47,206 bases of DNA, taken from NCBI GenBank assembly GCA_030167865.1, contig JALAGF010000931.1, forward strand, positions 1 through 47,206. The letters are read 5' to 3'. Positions 34,317 to 44,305 of the stretch are shown here, piece after piece. Source of the stretch: Craspedostauros australis (lineage: Eukaryota). Position 1 is the first letter of the stretch. Each line of letters begins with the position of its first letter. Under the pieces are notes generated by a model. The model was given only the letters and a program-made list of their open reading frames with translations. It was not told the DNA's origin and ran no database searches. The position numbers and the translations under genes were made by a program.

Positions 34317-37300
34317 ATGATGAGGAAGGCAGAGGGGAGAATGAGAATCGGGATGCAGAACTTTGGAGGTTTGAGACGAACGAAAGGAAACATCGATGAA
34401 GGCTTGAAAAGGTGGATGAATGAAGGCGAGTTCGATGTATTCGGAGTAACCGAAGTGAATGTGGATTGGAGAGGAGTGAGAGAAGAGGACAGCCTAAAGA
34501 GCCGAACCAAAGAATGGTGGCCATCAGGAACAACACAAGTAACAACTGCCAACAATGAGAATGAAGAGACCGTCAAGAGCAAACAATGGGGAGGCACAGC
34601 AATCATCAGTAGGTTCCAAGCAGCAGTGCGAATGATCAAATCAGGACAAGATGAGACGAAGCTGGGACGGTGGACGTGGCAACTCTACAGAGGTGCAAAC
34701 CAACAAAGACTACGAGTAGTCGTAGCGTACAGACCATGTCGACCGAGAACAAAAGGGGTCCTCAACACATATGCGCAACACAGAAGGTACTACAATGAGA
34801 AAGGAACGGATGTGGAACCAAGACACAAGATACTAGAGGATTTGACTGCAAAGGTGCAACAGTGGAGAAAGGAAGGAGAACATGTAGTAGTATTAATGGA
34901 CTGCAATGAAGACACAGGATCTACAAAGATGCAGGAGTTCTTGGACAACAGCGGACTACTCAATGCGATGACAAAGGCGGAAACCGACGCAAGCGCGACT
35001 GCAACACACAGGCTCGGAAAGAAGCCGATCGACGGAATCTTCGTGACCAAATCAATTCGAGTGGCTCGGGCAGGCATGACGCAGTGGGACGAAGGGATCC
35101 AAGAGAGATGCGCTGATCATAGGTGCTTGTGGATTGAGGTGAGCATGCAAGCTGTGCTAGGACAGACGATGCCACCATTACGGAGAGCAGTAGCACGAAG
35201 AGTGAAAACTGAAGACCCACGCATAGTTCAAAAATTCAATGCAGCATATGAGGCGTATCTGAAGAGTCACAACGCAAGAAACCGAGCGATAAGGCTGGAG
35301 AGAGAAGCAGAGGGTCAGTGGAACAAGAAGATGGAGGAGGAGGCGGAGGCGTTAGACAAGATACGGGTACAAGGAATCTGGGCAGCGGACAAACGCTGCA
35401 GGAAGCTTCGAATGGGAGGGATACCGTATTCGGACGAGTACAAACAGATAGAGGCAAGAATTGGCTTATGGAACAACATAGCGAGGCAAGCAAGAGGAAG
35501 GAAGGTGTCTACGTCTATGCTGCGACGGCTGGCAAGGAGAGCACAAGAGAAACGACGATTAGCGGAGCTACGACGAATGCAAGAAGAAGAGATACGTCAC
35601 GAGCAAAAAGCGGCATACGAAGCACTCAAGACGTTCAGGGGGAGAGCGACGGAATCCAGAGCGAACTGGTTGGAAACTATCGCGGCGTCAAGGGCGGAAC
35701 AGGAGGAAAAGAGAAAGGGGTCACGAACAGACAGGAAGAGAAGAACAACGCAACGAGGGAGCTGCACGGCATCGCAACTAAGACAACTACGAGGAAGGGA
35801 ACAAACCAAGGAAATGTATCGACGGATAAGACGAGCTGCAGGTAACGACAGTCCAGGAGGCATATCGATGGTAATAGCGCCGGACCAACAAGGGGTGTGG
35901 CAGGAGCGAACGGAGCGCGACGACATAGAACGTGGTTGCATGGAAGAGAATCAACGAAGATTCCGGCAGACCGAAGATACTCCATTCATGCATGGGGAGC
36001 TAGCACGCGACTTCGGGTACCTCGGATTGACAACGGCAGCCCAAGACACATTGAGGGGATGTTATACAGCATCAAAATGGGTGGACGAAGGCGCGAGAAA
36101 GCTCATCCAAGGGCTGCGGTCAGTGGCAAATACCAAAATACCAGCAGGCATGACAACTGATGAGTTTCAATCAGGCTGGGCGAAGTGCAAGGAGGATACA
36201 TCGGCAGGACCGTCAGGGTTGCACTTTGGCCACTTCAAAGCCATAGCGCAGCACCGGGGCAATTCGGAGTTTGAAGCATGCATGTCATCTGTAGCGATGA
36301 AGTCAGGGTACGCCTATGAAAGATGGAAGCAAGGAACTGATGTGGAGCTGATGAAAAAAGCGAACAGCTACAGGGTGGACAAGTTGCGTACCATCGTGCT
36401 GTTCGAAGCCGACTTCAACTTTTCGAATAAAGCCATCGGGAGAAAGGCGGCAGCACAGGCAGAGCGGCAAGGCGGATTCGCGGAAGAACAATACGGGAGC
36501 CGAAAAGGGCACAAGGCAGTGGAGCATGCATTGAACAAGCAGCTAACACTCGACTGGATGCGGCAAACCAGGACACCAGGGATGCTCTGCTCCAACGATC
36601 TCAAGAGCTGTTATGACAGAATCACGCATTCAGTGGCGTCGATCGGGCTGCAGAGGCAAGGTATTGCCGAAACCGAGGTACGGAGCATGTTCACTACACT
36701 GCAGCAACTCGAGCATTATATACGGACGGTATATGGCGACTCGAGGACGGCGTACAGCGGACGGGATTCGGCCAAACCGATGCAGGGAATATACCAAGGC
36801 AATGGAGCAGGGCCGGTCATATGGGCGGTGATATCGTCGCCTATGTTGGATATCATGCGGCAGGAAGATCACACGGCGAGGTTTGTGACGGCGGCTGGCC
36901 AAGAAAAGGTGACCATCGTCGGGTACGCATTCGTTGACGACACTGACTTGGTAGTCAATGCTAGGCAGAACGAAGGAATCACAGAGGCAGTCCAGCGCAT
37001 GCAAGCGAGTGTGGATCAATGGGAGCAATTGGTACGAGCAACAGGAGGAGCATTGGTGGTGGAGAAAAGCATGTGGTGGGCCATCGATTTTGTGTGGCAG
37101 CAGAACGGCGAGTGGAGGTATGCACACAACGACGAAGTGGAGGCGGCGATATCAATGCGAGGCAACAGCAAGCAGCGCCAGAGCATGCCTCGCAGTAGCG
37201 TCAACGAGGCGTTTGAGACATTAGGAGTCAAGTTAGCACCAGATGGAAATGGGCAAGCGATCTACGAGGCGATCAAAGGGAAAGCGGAAGCATGGGCTGA

Positions 37301-39974
37301 GAAAGTGCGGACCAAGCGCATCCGGAAACAAGACGCTACAGCGGCGATGAACTCGGTGTTGCTGAAAAAGCTGGAGTACGTGCTACCGGTGGCGCAGCTG
37401 ACGGAGGAAGAATGCGGGAAGGTCATGCAACCGGTGTGGAAAGTGATGATGTCGAAAATGGGGTACAACAAAGGATTCCCAAGAGCGATGATACATGCCG
37501 GAGCCAGTCAGCTGGGAGCCGACGTTCACAGCTTACATACTACCCAGGTCGTGGAGCATGTGATGATGATTTTGGAGCACGGAGGACGGGGTACCATGAC
37601 CGGACGGCTGGTACGAGGAACGATAGAGGCGATGAAAGTCGAGATTGGTACAGGGCGCCCGCTATTCGAGTTACACTATGACAAGTGGAAATACTTGGCG
37701 ACGCCGTGCTGGATGAAAACAGTATGGAAAGAAGCTCAGGAGTATGGCATTCAAATACAGGAGAAGACGAAAGGGGCGAGCAAAGTGCATGATCATGACA
37801 AGTGGTTCATGGACGAGGCGTGGCAAGTGGGGTATTCAAACAGTCAATTGCAGAGGATTAACAGGTGCAGGATCTTGATGCGAGTAATGACGGTCGAGGA
37901 TGTACAAGGAGGGGATGAAGTGTTCCATGTGCGGACGAGCAGAGGCAGATGGCGAGGGCGACAAGATATTAATTGGCCACGGCAGGGCGAGGTTCCCAAG
38001 CAAGATTGGGCCCTGTGGAGGAAAGCAGTGAAGGCAGTAAGGCAGAAGAGCAACAATCTGGAGCAAGCAGGACAACGACGTTGGTATGCAATATGGGCAC
38101 CCAGCAAAGGAGCTGTGTGGACCAGGACAACAGAGGGCGAATGGCAGGAGTGGAGAGCCCAGGCTACGGACAGTGCGGGCTTGCAAGGGTTTCACCAAAC
38201 GGGACGGAAGGTGCAGGCACAACGCATCCAAGGCCGAGAAGTGAAGCTGCGGGAAAAAGGTGGTAAAGTGTACGTGGTGGAGACCGGTCGCATATGTGAG
38301 CAAGAAGGGGAAGAGGCAGAGAGTGCGACAACAAGCAATCTTGGCGAGTGGATAGAGGCTGTACGCGAAGGCCGGGCAGTCATCAGCACCGACGGATCGT
38401 TCAAGGACGGGGTGAGTGCGGCAGCGTTCTCTTTGAATGTGAGCGGGCGACGGGAAGGATGCATAAGGATGTCCGGGCCAGTACCAGGGCGGCCAGAAGT
38501 GCAAAGTGCATACCGAGCGGAGTTGGGCGGCATTTACAGGGCCATGAAAATGGTTCGGCGAGTGCTCGAGGAACAACAAGAGTCGTGGCCAAAGACAGCG
38601 GCAATCGTGGTCGCGTGCGACAATAAAATGGCCGGAGTGCATGCGGTGACGTTCGACCGTGACGTACCGACAAGAGTTCAGCACTTCGACCTGTTGCGGG
38701 CCATACGGCACGAGCAAAGACGAATGCCGGTAGCGATGGTGTACAAGCACGTGTACGGTCACCAGCTTGAGCGGGAACGAGGGGTCGAAGTTGACGAGTT
38801 CTCGTTCTGGAATGACGACGTCGATAAGATGGCGGGAGCGGCCAGACAAACAATGGCACCGGGAAGAGATGCAGAGTGGAGCAAGGAGGAGTGGTCAGTC
38901 TGGATTGATGGCAAGAAGGTGTGCACGCGGGCGAAAGCGGAGCTGCGGGCGCATGTGGAAAAGCAAAAAACAGAGCGATGGCAGCGCCAGACACGGAAGC
39001 TCGACTCGGCCGACATCGCCGATATTGATGGCGAAGCTATACGAGCGGCTATGGGCGGCATCAGCCAGAGCCGGAAAAGATGGGTGGTGAAACATGCAGC
39101 GCACTTCGGACCAGTCGGGAGGAACATGCATAAATGGAAGTTCTGGAGCGATGGGCTGTGTCCAGTGTGCAAGTCTGAAGAAGAGACGACGGAGCATGTG
39201 GTGAGATGCCAGCATCCGGCCGCAGTCCAGGTGCGCAATGCGGCAATGAAAGAATGGGAGGAGGAAATGCGAGCGTCGGCTGGCAATCCGCATATGGTAC
39301 AAGAGATGGGGCGGCAGCTTCGGATGTGGATGGACGGAAGGGAAGCAGAGCCGCAAGGATGGTCAGAAGTACAGCAGGCCGTAGCGGCGCAGGCACGGCT
39401 AGGATGGGACAAGATGATGTTGGGAAGGTGGTCAGTACGGTGGCGCATGATCCATGAAAGTACAGTGCGGCGAACGAAGTCGAGTCGACCACCAGTCAGC
39501 TGGGTTGGGAAGGCCATCAGAGGGTTGTGGGAAGTGCGATGGAAAGCATGGGTAGCGCGGAACCAGGCGCTGCATGAGGATGAGAAGTGGAAAAAACAGA
39601 CGGAACAAATGAGACGTGCACGAATGGCAGTGGACGCAGAATGGAGGAAAGGGGGTCGAGGGCTGTTGGCCGCGGATGCAGGGCTTATGGCTAACAACAG
39701 CCGACAGGAGGTTGCAAACATGACAGCTGATGAACAATTGCGGTGGGTGCAACATGTCCAAGCGGCGCGAGCTGTGGCAGTAGCAACCCGGAGACAATCG
39801 GCAAGGCAGTGCGGGAGCGTGACGGACGCAGAAGGAGCTGGGGTAGCGCGGCGGCGACGAACGGAGGCGCGAGCGACGAGTGGGCGATTAGCAGGGAAAC
39901 GAGGAGGGTTGAGCAGCGGCCCGGACAGGGACTCCAGACGCAAGCGAGCGAGAAGGGGACGCTGGAATATATGA
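34317..39974 (+). CDS. Retrotransposon ORF2 (1,885 aa from the first ATG): APE endonuclease, reverse transcriptase, RNase H, CCHC zinc finger
   Basis: APE: QNFGG, GVTEVN, MDCNED, PIDGIF, ADHR. RT: SAGPSG, LRTIVL, QYGSR, NDLKSCYDRI, GIYQGNGAGP, AFVDDTDL, LGV. RNase H: STDGS, RAELGG, ACDN, HVYGH, NDDVDKMA. Zinc finger: CPVC...TEHVVRC. Confidence 0.95.
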   Translation: MMRKAEGRMRIGMQNFGGLRRTKGNIDEGLKRWMNEGEFDVFGVTEVNVDWRGVREEDSLKSRTKEWWPSGTTQVTTANNENEETVKSKQWGGTAIISRFQAAVRMIKSGQDETKLGRWTWQLYRGANQQRLRVVVAYRPCRPRTKGVLNTYAQHRRYYNEKGTDVEPRHKILEDLTAKVQQWRKEGEHVVVLMDCNEDTGSTKMQEFLDNSGLLNAMTKAETDASATATHRLGKKPIDGIFVTKSIRVARAGMTQWDEGIQERCADHRCLWIEVSMQAVLGQTMPPLRRAVARRVKTEDPRIVQKFNAAYEAYLKSHNARNRAIRLEREAEGQWNKKMEEEAEALDKIRVQGIWAADKRCRKLRMGGIPYSDEYKQIEARIGLWNNIARQARGRKVSTSMLRRLARRAQEKRRLAELRRMQEEEIRHEQKAAYEALKTFRGRATESRANWLETIAASRAEQEEKRKGSRTDRKRRTTQRGSCTASQLRQLRGREQTKEMYRRIRRAAGNDSPGGISMVIAPDQQGVWQERTERDDIERGCMEENQRRFRQTEDTPFMHGELARDFGYLGLTTAAQDTLRGCYTASKWVDEGARKLIQGLRSVANTKIPAGMTTDEFQSGWAKCKEDTSAGPSGLHFGHFKAIAQHRGNSEFEACMSSVAMKSGYAYERWKQGTDVELMKKANSYRVDKLRTIVLFEADFNFSNKAIGRKAAAQAERQGGFAEEQYGSRKGHKAVEHALNKQLTLDWMRQTRTPGMLCSNDLKSCYDRITHSVASIGLQRQGIAETEVRSMFTTLQQLEHYIRTVYGDSRTAYSGRDSAKPMQGIYQGNGAGPVIWAVISSPMLDIMRQEDHTARFVTAAGQEKVTIVGYAFVDDTDLVVNARQNEGITEAVQRMQASVDQWEQLVRATGGALVVEKSMWWAIDFVWQQNGEWRYAHNDEVEAAISMRGNSKQRQSMPRSSVNEAFETLGVKLAPDGNGQAIYEAIKGKAEAWAEKVRTKRIRKQDATAAMNSVLLKKLEYVLPVAQLTEEECGKVMQPVWKVMMSKMGYNKGFPRAMIHAGASQLGADVHSLHTTQVVEHVMMILEHGGRGTMTGRLVRGTIEAMKVEIGTGRPLFELHYDKWKYLATPCWMKTVWKEAQEYGIQIQEKTKGASKVHDHDKWFMDEAWQVGYSNSQLQRINRCRILMRVMTVEDVQGGDEVFHVRTSRGRWRGRQDINWPRQGEVPKQDWALWRKAVKAVRQKSNNLEQAGQRRWYAIWAPSKGAVWTRTTEGEWQEWRAQATDSAGLQGFHQTGRKVQAQRIQGREVKLREKGGKVYVVETGRICEQEGEEAESATTSNLGEWIEAVREGRAVISTDGSFKDGVSAAAFSLNVSGRREGCIRMSGPVPGRPEVQSAYRAELGGIYRAMKMVRRVLEEQQESWPKTAAIVVACDNKMAGVHAVTFDRDVPTRVQHFDLLRAIRHEQRRMPVAMVYKHVYGHQLERERGVEVDEFSFWNDDVDKMAGAARQTMAPGRDAEWSKEEWSVWIDGKKVCTRAKAELRAHVEKQKTERWQRQTRKLDSADIADIDGEAIRAAMGGISQSRKRWVVKHAAHFGPVGRNMHKWKFWSDGLCPVCKSEEETTEHVVRCQHPAAVQVRNAAMKEWEEEMRASAGNPHMVQEMGRQLRMWMDGREAEPQGWSEVQQAVAAQARLGWDKMMLGRWSVRWRMIHESTVRRTKSSRPPVSWVGKAIRGLWEVRWKAWVARNQALHEDEKWKKQTEQMRRARMAVDAEWRKGGRGLLAADAGLMANNSRQEVANMTADEQLRWVQHVQAARAVAVATRRQSARQCGSVTDAEGAGVARRRRTEARATSGRLAGKRGGLSSGPDRDSRRKRARRGRWNI

Positions 39975-40196
39975 GTTCATGACAGCAGGTGAAGTGCACG
40001 GCGGACTTCGGTCGGGTGCCCAGTGCGGTATGTTTTATGGCCCAAGGAGATGGCAATCCGAGGAAGACAAGGACGTGAGAGATCCTTGTAAAGGTCGTTC
40101 TGGCGCTGTCGGCCAATAGGGCTCGCAGTATGCAGGCGACGGTAAAGCCTTCGAGGCAACCTTGGTAACAAGGGATAATCAGTGAGTTATTATTAT

Positions 40197-40213
40197 TAGA
40201 GAATCACTCCGCA
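40197..40213. repeat. Right target-site duplication TAGAGAATCACTCCGCA (17 bp; the first 2 nt overlap the TTA tail register)
   Basis: Identical to 31342-31358. Confidence 0.95.
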
Positions 40214-41623
40214 GATGCTAGCGATGATGCTGCCGATGAGGCCGCTGTCGACGATCTCGCTGGCGGAGGTGATGCCCGTGTTGTAACCCTCAACGTCGTA
40301 CTTGTAGTAGATCAAGCTGTAGTTGATGATGCTGATGAAGGGTGACAACACGGATAGGATGGAGAGAACCTCCTGCGGGGCATCGATGGCGATCATGACG
40401 ACCGTCACGATGGTGGAAAGGAGGAACGTGAGGAATGGGAGGTTCTGCGCCATCTCCTCCTTGGCGGAGAACAGGGTGACCATGACCACGAAGCCGAAGA
40501 ACTGCAACAGACTGAGGTAATGGGAGATGAAGATCAGGACGATGCTCGATTTGGGGTAGAGCTTCCAGCCGACCGAGACAGCGGTGAAAACAATCGCGGT
40601 GAAGATCCCGTTGATGGACATGTAGAGGTACCACTGCAAGACGTAAGTCCGCAGACGAACGCCAGCACGCACGAATGCCAAGTGGACGTCCTGGACCTTC
40701 TCGGCCAACATGGGTCCGATGAGATGACCTGCAGTGATGGCGAGAGTAAGAGCCGTGAGGATGCCGATGGTCATGCCGATGTACTCGTCCGTATCATCCG
40801 GAGCGGTCTCCTCGAAGATGGTTGGAATCGATCGGATCTTATCGATGGGGAAAGGGAGGGAGGAGAATTCGTCGTTGGCGTCGCCGTTGTTGGCAATGGC
40901 GTTGGATGCCGTCACGTTCCACAAAGCGGCCTGAACCCAGTACTGGGCGCCGGCGATCTTGTTCGTGAACGGGGCGAGCGACTCGTCGCCTCCAAAATAG
41001 ATCGTGGTCAGAGCATCCAAATTGGACGGGGAGAGGTCGCCGAGGCTGTTGCTTGAGTCGATGCCGTCAATGGCAGTGGCGTTAACGTCGAAGTACACGC
41101 AGAGCTTCTCGGCTTTGTCGGCGTCGCTGATGGTGTCCTCGCAAAAGTCAGCAAACGATGTCTTGTTGCCGTTGAAGGCAGACTCGACTTCGAAGACGGT
41201 TCGGATGGTGTCGATGCCGTTGATGTACTTCGCGGCCTCCTCGAGCATAGCCGGGTGGTTGCTGGCACCGTAGATCTTCTCGGGCATGGACCAGTCCTTG
41301 GCATCGTGGATGACAAAGTTGCCGGATCTGGTGCCTTCGTCGGGATCATCGTAGCCAAGGTAAAACCCGATGGTGTACAGCATCAAGATGGCTGCTGGGA
41401 GGAATGTCTTGGCCCACCAGACGGGCAACTTCTTGCGATCTCGTTTGAGGTTGCGACGCATGAGGATGAACGCCTGTTGCAGGTCGGAGGGAACGGGAGT
41501 GCGCAAGGATGCGGATGGAGTGGATGCGGACTTGACGGAGGACTTGGCTGAGGCCGCAACCTCTTCGACCTCAATGCCGCTGCCACTGTCATCGTTGGAT
41601 TTCACACGGAGATGGCTGTCCAT
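40197..41623 (-). CDS. ABCA: ABCA-family transporter, 5' part (N-terminal TM, extracellular domain, TMD1), truncated by a TAA created at the insertion junction
   Basis: ATG at 41623. QQAFILMRRNLKRDRK followed by a TM helix is ABCA-like, and several TM helices follow. It ends ...IIASICGVIL*, and the same CGVIL continues as CGVILYCIII from 31358 downward. Confidence 0.88.
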
Positions 41624-44305
41624 GGTAGATGTCTTCACCTTGTTGTTGCTGTTACTGTTACTGTGGTCGGTGGCGTGGATGTGATGAGCTTGTTGCCTGC
41701 TATCTTGTTGATTTGTTGATTTGCGTTCCTGGTCTCTGTTTGCGTTTTCCGCCTTGAGGTTGTATCAGGTACGAGGGTGTCAGGAGTGGTGACAAACACG
41801 GCCAGTTGTTCTTGTCCGTTGTTTGGTTGGTTGGTTGTCTTATATGCCGTTCTGTTCTGGTGCTTGTGTGCGTGTTTATGATTGTGTGTGTGTGTGTGTT
41901 CGGTCTTCAGATTTGCTTTTTATGAGGAGACTGAGTTCGCTGATCAATGAAACAGCAACGACACGAGATGGGCAACAAACAGGTTGAGGTGTGCAGAGAG
42001 AGGCACGTCATGGGACAGGATGTGCATGAGTGTGTGTGGGTATCGTCCATGCGAGCTACGACCTGCGGTAGGCACGGTATCCTAGTTGGAATACCTCTGT
42101 GATCTTGTTCAAGTCGTGTGCCGACAACATCAAAGCGGCTCCATCGCGGCTTCGTGATGAGGAGATGTGATCTGGCATTTGCGAGTTCGTGTTGATTTGC
42201 GGCTTTCTTCGTTGCGGTCACACGTGACTTCCACAGACGCGGTGTCGTCGCAATGACTTTTTCTCCCTCCTGACCGTTCCGCGATTTGCGAACGGAAAAT
42301 TCGCCAATGGAGTATTCGCAGATATCTTGCGATAACGAGGTAACTCTTCACGCGTTTTGGTAGGTATGCAATCATAGTAGGTATGGCATGTTGGTACATA
42401 CCCGTACCTTGCAGAGCAGCGCAGCGCAGTGCAGAGTGCAAACTTATCGGCAAGGCTTGGAGGCGGAATCCATCGATCTCTCACACATGGTTCATATACG
42501 TGGACACACTCTCACACACACGCGCGTAATGCAAGTGTCCATCATCAACTAGCTGTGGAGTACAACAACGTACCAGACACGCACAGTGCCAATACTGGTC
42601 GGCCGAAGAGCACGCAGAGCAGAAGATGTCCTTTGTTCTAATACGTTCCCCCACCTTCCACGATCCACACAGGTGGATGCGGATGAGCCTGAGCAATCTT
42701 CGATTGATGCTTTGGTGCTTGTACGACTTAAATCTCGTCGTCTATTCTGTCCGACCGAGACTGATGATCAAAATCGAAGATCCCAGGGACTACACGTACC
42801 ATGCTACTAAAAGTATGTACATAGGTCGTACCAATACAAACAGAGATCAAGAGATCGTGGTGGCTTCAGATGGATCAAAGCAGATCGAGAGAGGGCAAGC
42901 AACGCATCAATCCATCCAAGGGTCTCTCCAATCGTGAAGAGGTGTGGCGACACCGCCTGGCAGTCCGCAGTGATCCACGAATCTCCCCCTTCGCAGCGCC
43001 CATCGTCTCTCTACAGAGTAGATACTATACTATTGACGACACCATGGCAATGCAAGTGCCACCTACTCATGGTTCTGAAGTCCAAGGCGGCTTGCCTCTG
43101 TTCCTCTTCCTCTGTGCCCAGGCGGCATGAAAGATCCTTTCTGGTGCTGCTACTCCGGTACCACGGTGCTATTCGCCATCACATTCGCAGGCGCGATGCC
43201 TGAGATCAAAAGAGAACGGAAAGATATCCAAGATTTTGCGAATGATCGACAAGAACTGACAACGAGCGTCACTGTGAGTCGTGCTGAAGGTCCAGGAACG
43301 GATTGGAAGAACACTGCGCGCCAAATGTGCTCAGGGCGCACTTCTTCCAGCCACATTCTCTCAGCGACGTGCATGCCAGCATCGCCTTCGTGTGACCAAA
43401 CATAGCCGAAGGCGCCGTTAGGTGTGCCCAGACCGATTGTACCGAAGGAAGCCATGGAGAAGTCTTCCCTCATCGATCTTGGCCAAAGCCAACGTCGCTA
43501 CCACCTCCCATTCCCACCAACGCGCAAGCGAAGCCATCAGCGATGTTGATGCTTGATGCCCGCAGATCTCGGGTATCCCTTTGTGTGATTCGGATTTGTT
43601 GAGAACAGTTCACTTCCAGAACAAACAGTTACATCGATGTCACACAATCCAAGAGAGCTGCTCGGGTCTGGAAAGAGCCTCTTGGGTGGCGCACACCCAT
43701 GTGGAGATAGATAGAGGGCAGAGTGCTATACATGTAGAGTAGAATAGGGTAGAGTAGACTCCAGCAAGCCTCTCTCGATTTTGGTATGCTTGTGGGGTAC
43801 GACTACGAGGACGCGTCTTGCTAACAATAGCTTGCATGCCCCATGGCCTCGTTTTCCTCTTTGGCGATGAGTTGAGAATTGCAATCCACCCTGGACGTTT
43901 CTGTCACCACAATTCGCACGAGCTGTGGTGCCCAGGGCATTCTGTATTCTAGACACTCTACGTAGCCTACGGACAGGTTGCACGGCCAGGCGATACTGGT
44001 GACATTCAGTATCAATGCAAATCGTGTGCGAACCACAACCACTTCCGCATCGCTTGCGCAATGATCTTCACAGCACTCTTACTAGAATTCCAAACAAGCG
44101 ATTGCCACCAGTGACCCCCCATCTCCACTCGGCCCATGGAAACACGGCGCTACTTGTCCTCCCAAATACAGCTACATGGAACAAACTACCAGTGGAGTAA
44201 TACATGCATTGTTTTAATACTCCGTTGCAGCAATGGCAATTAGCCGTTGCACCTGGCCTGTTCCAGAAAGAGGGAATGCTAGAGCCTGCGTGCCACCATA
44301 ACGCC

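Larger units (their letters stand above)
31359..40196 (+). mobile_element. Apparently full-length non-LTR retrotransposon (LINE), Ambal-like, 8,838 bp
   Basis: Two intact ORFs, a 137-nt A-rich 5' UTR, a ~210-nt 3' UTR, a (TTA)4 tail at 40187-40198, a perfect 17-bp TSD, and strong purine bias unlike the flanks. The APE-RT-RNase H architecture matches the Ambal group described from diatoms; the clade assignment is from recall. Confidence 0.93.

Noticed and set aside
41900-44200. Short ORFs and small palindromes between the ABCA start and the SYF2 end
   Set aside because: No recognisable product or element boundaries, and the hairpins are short enough to arise by chance.
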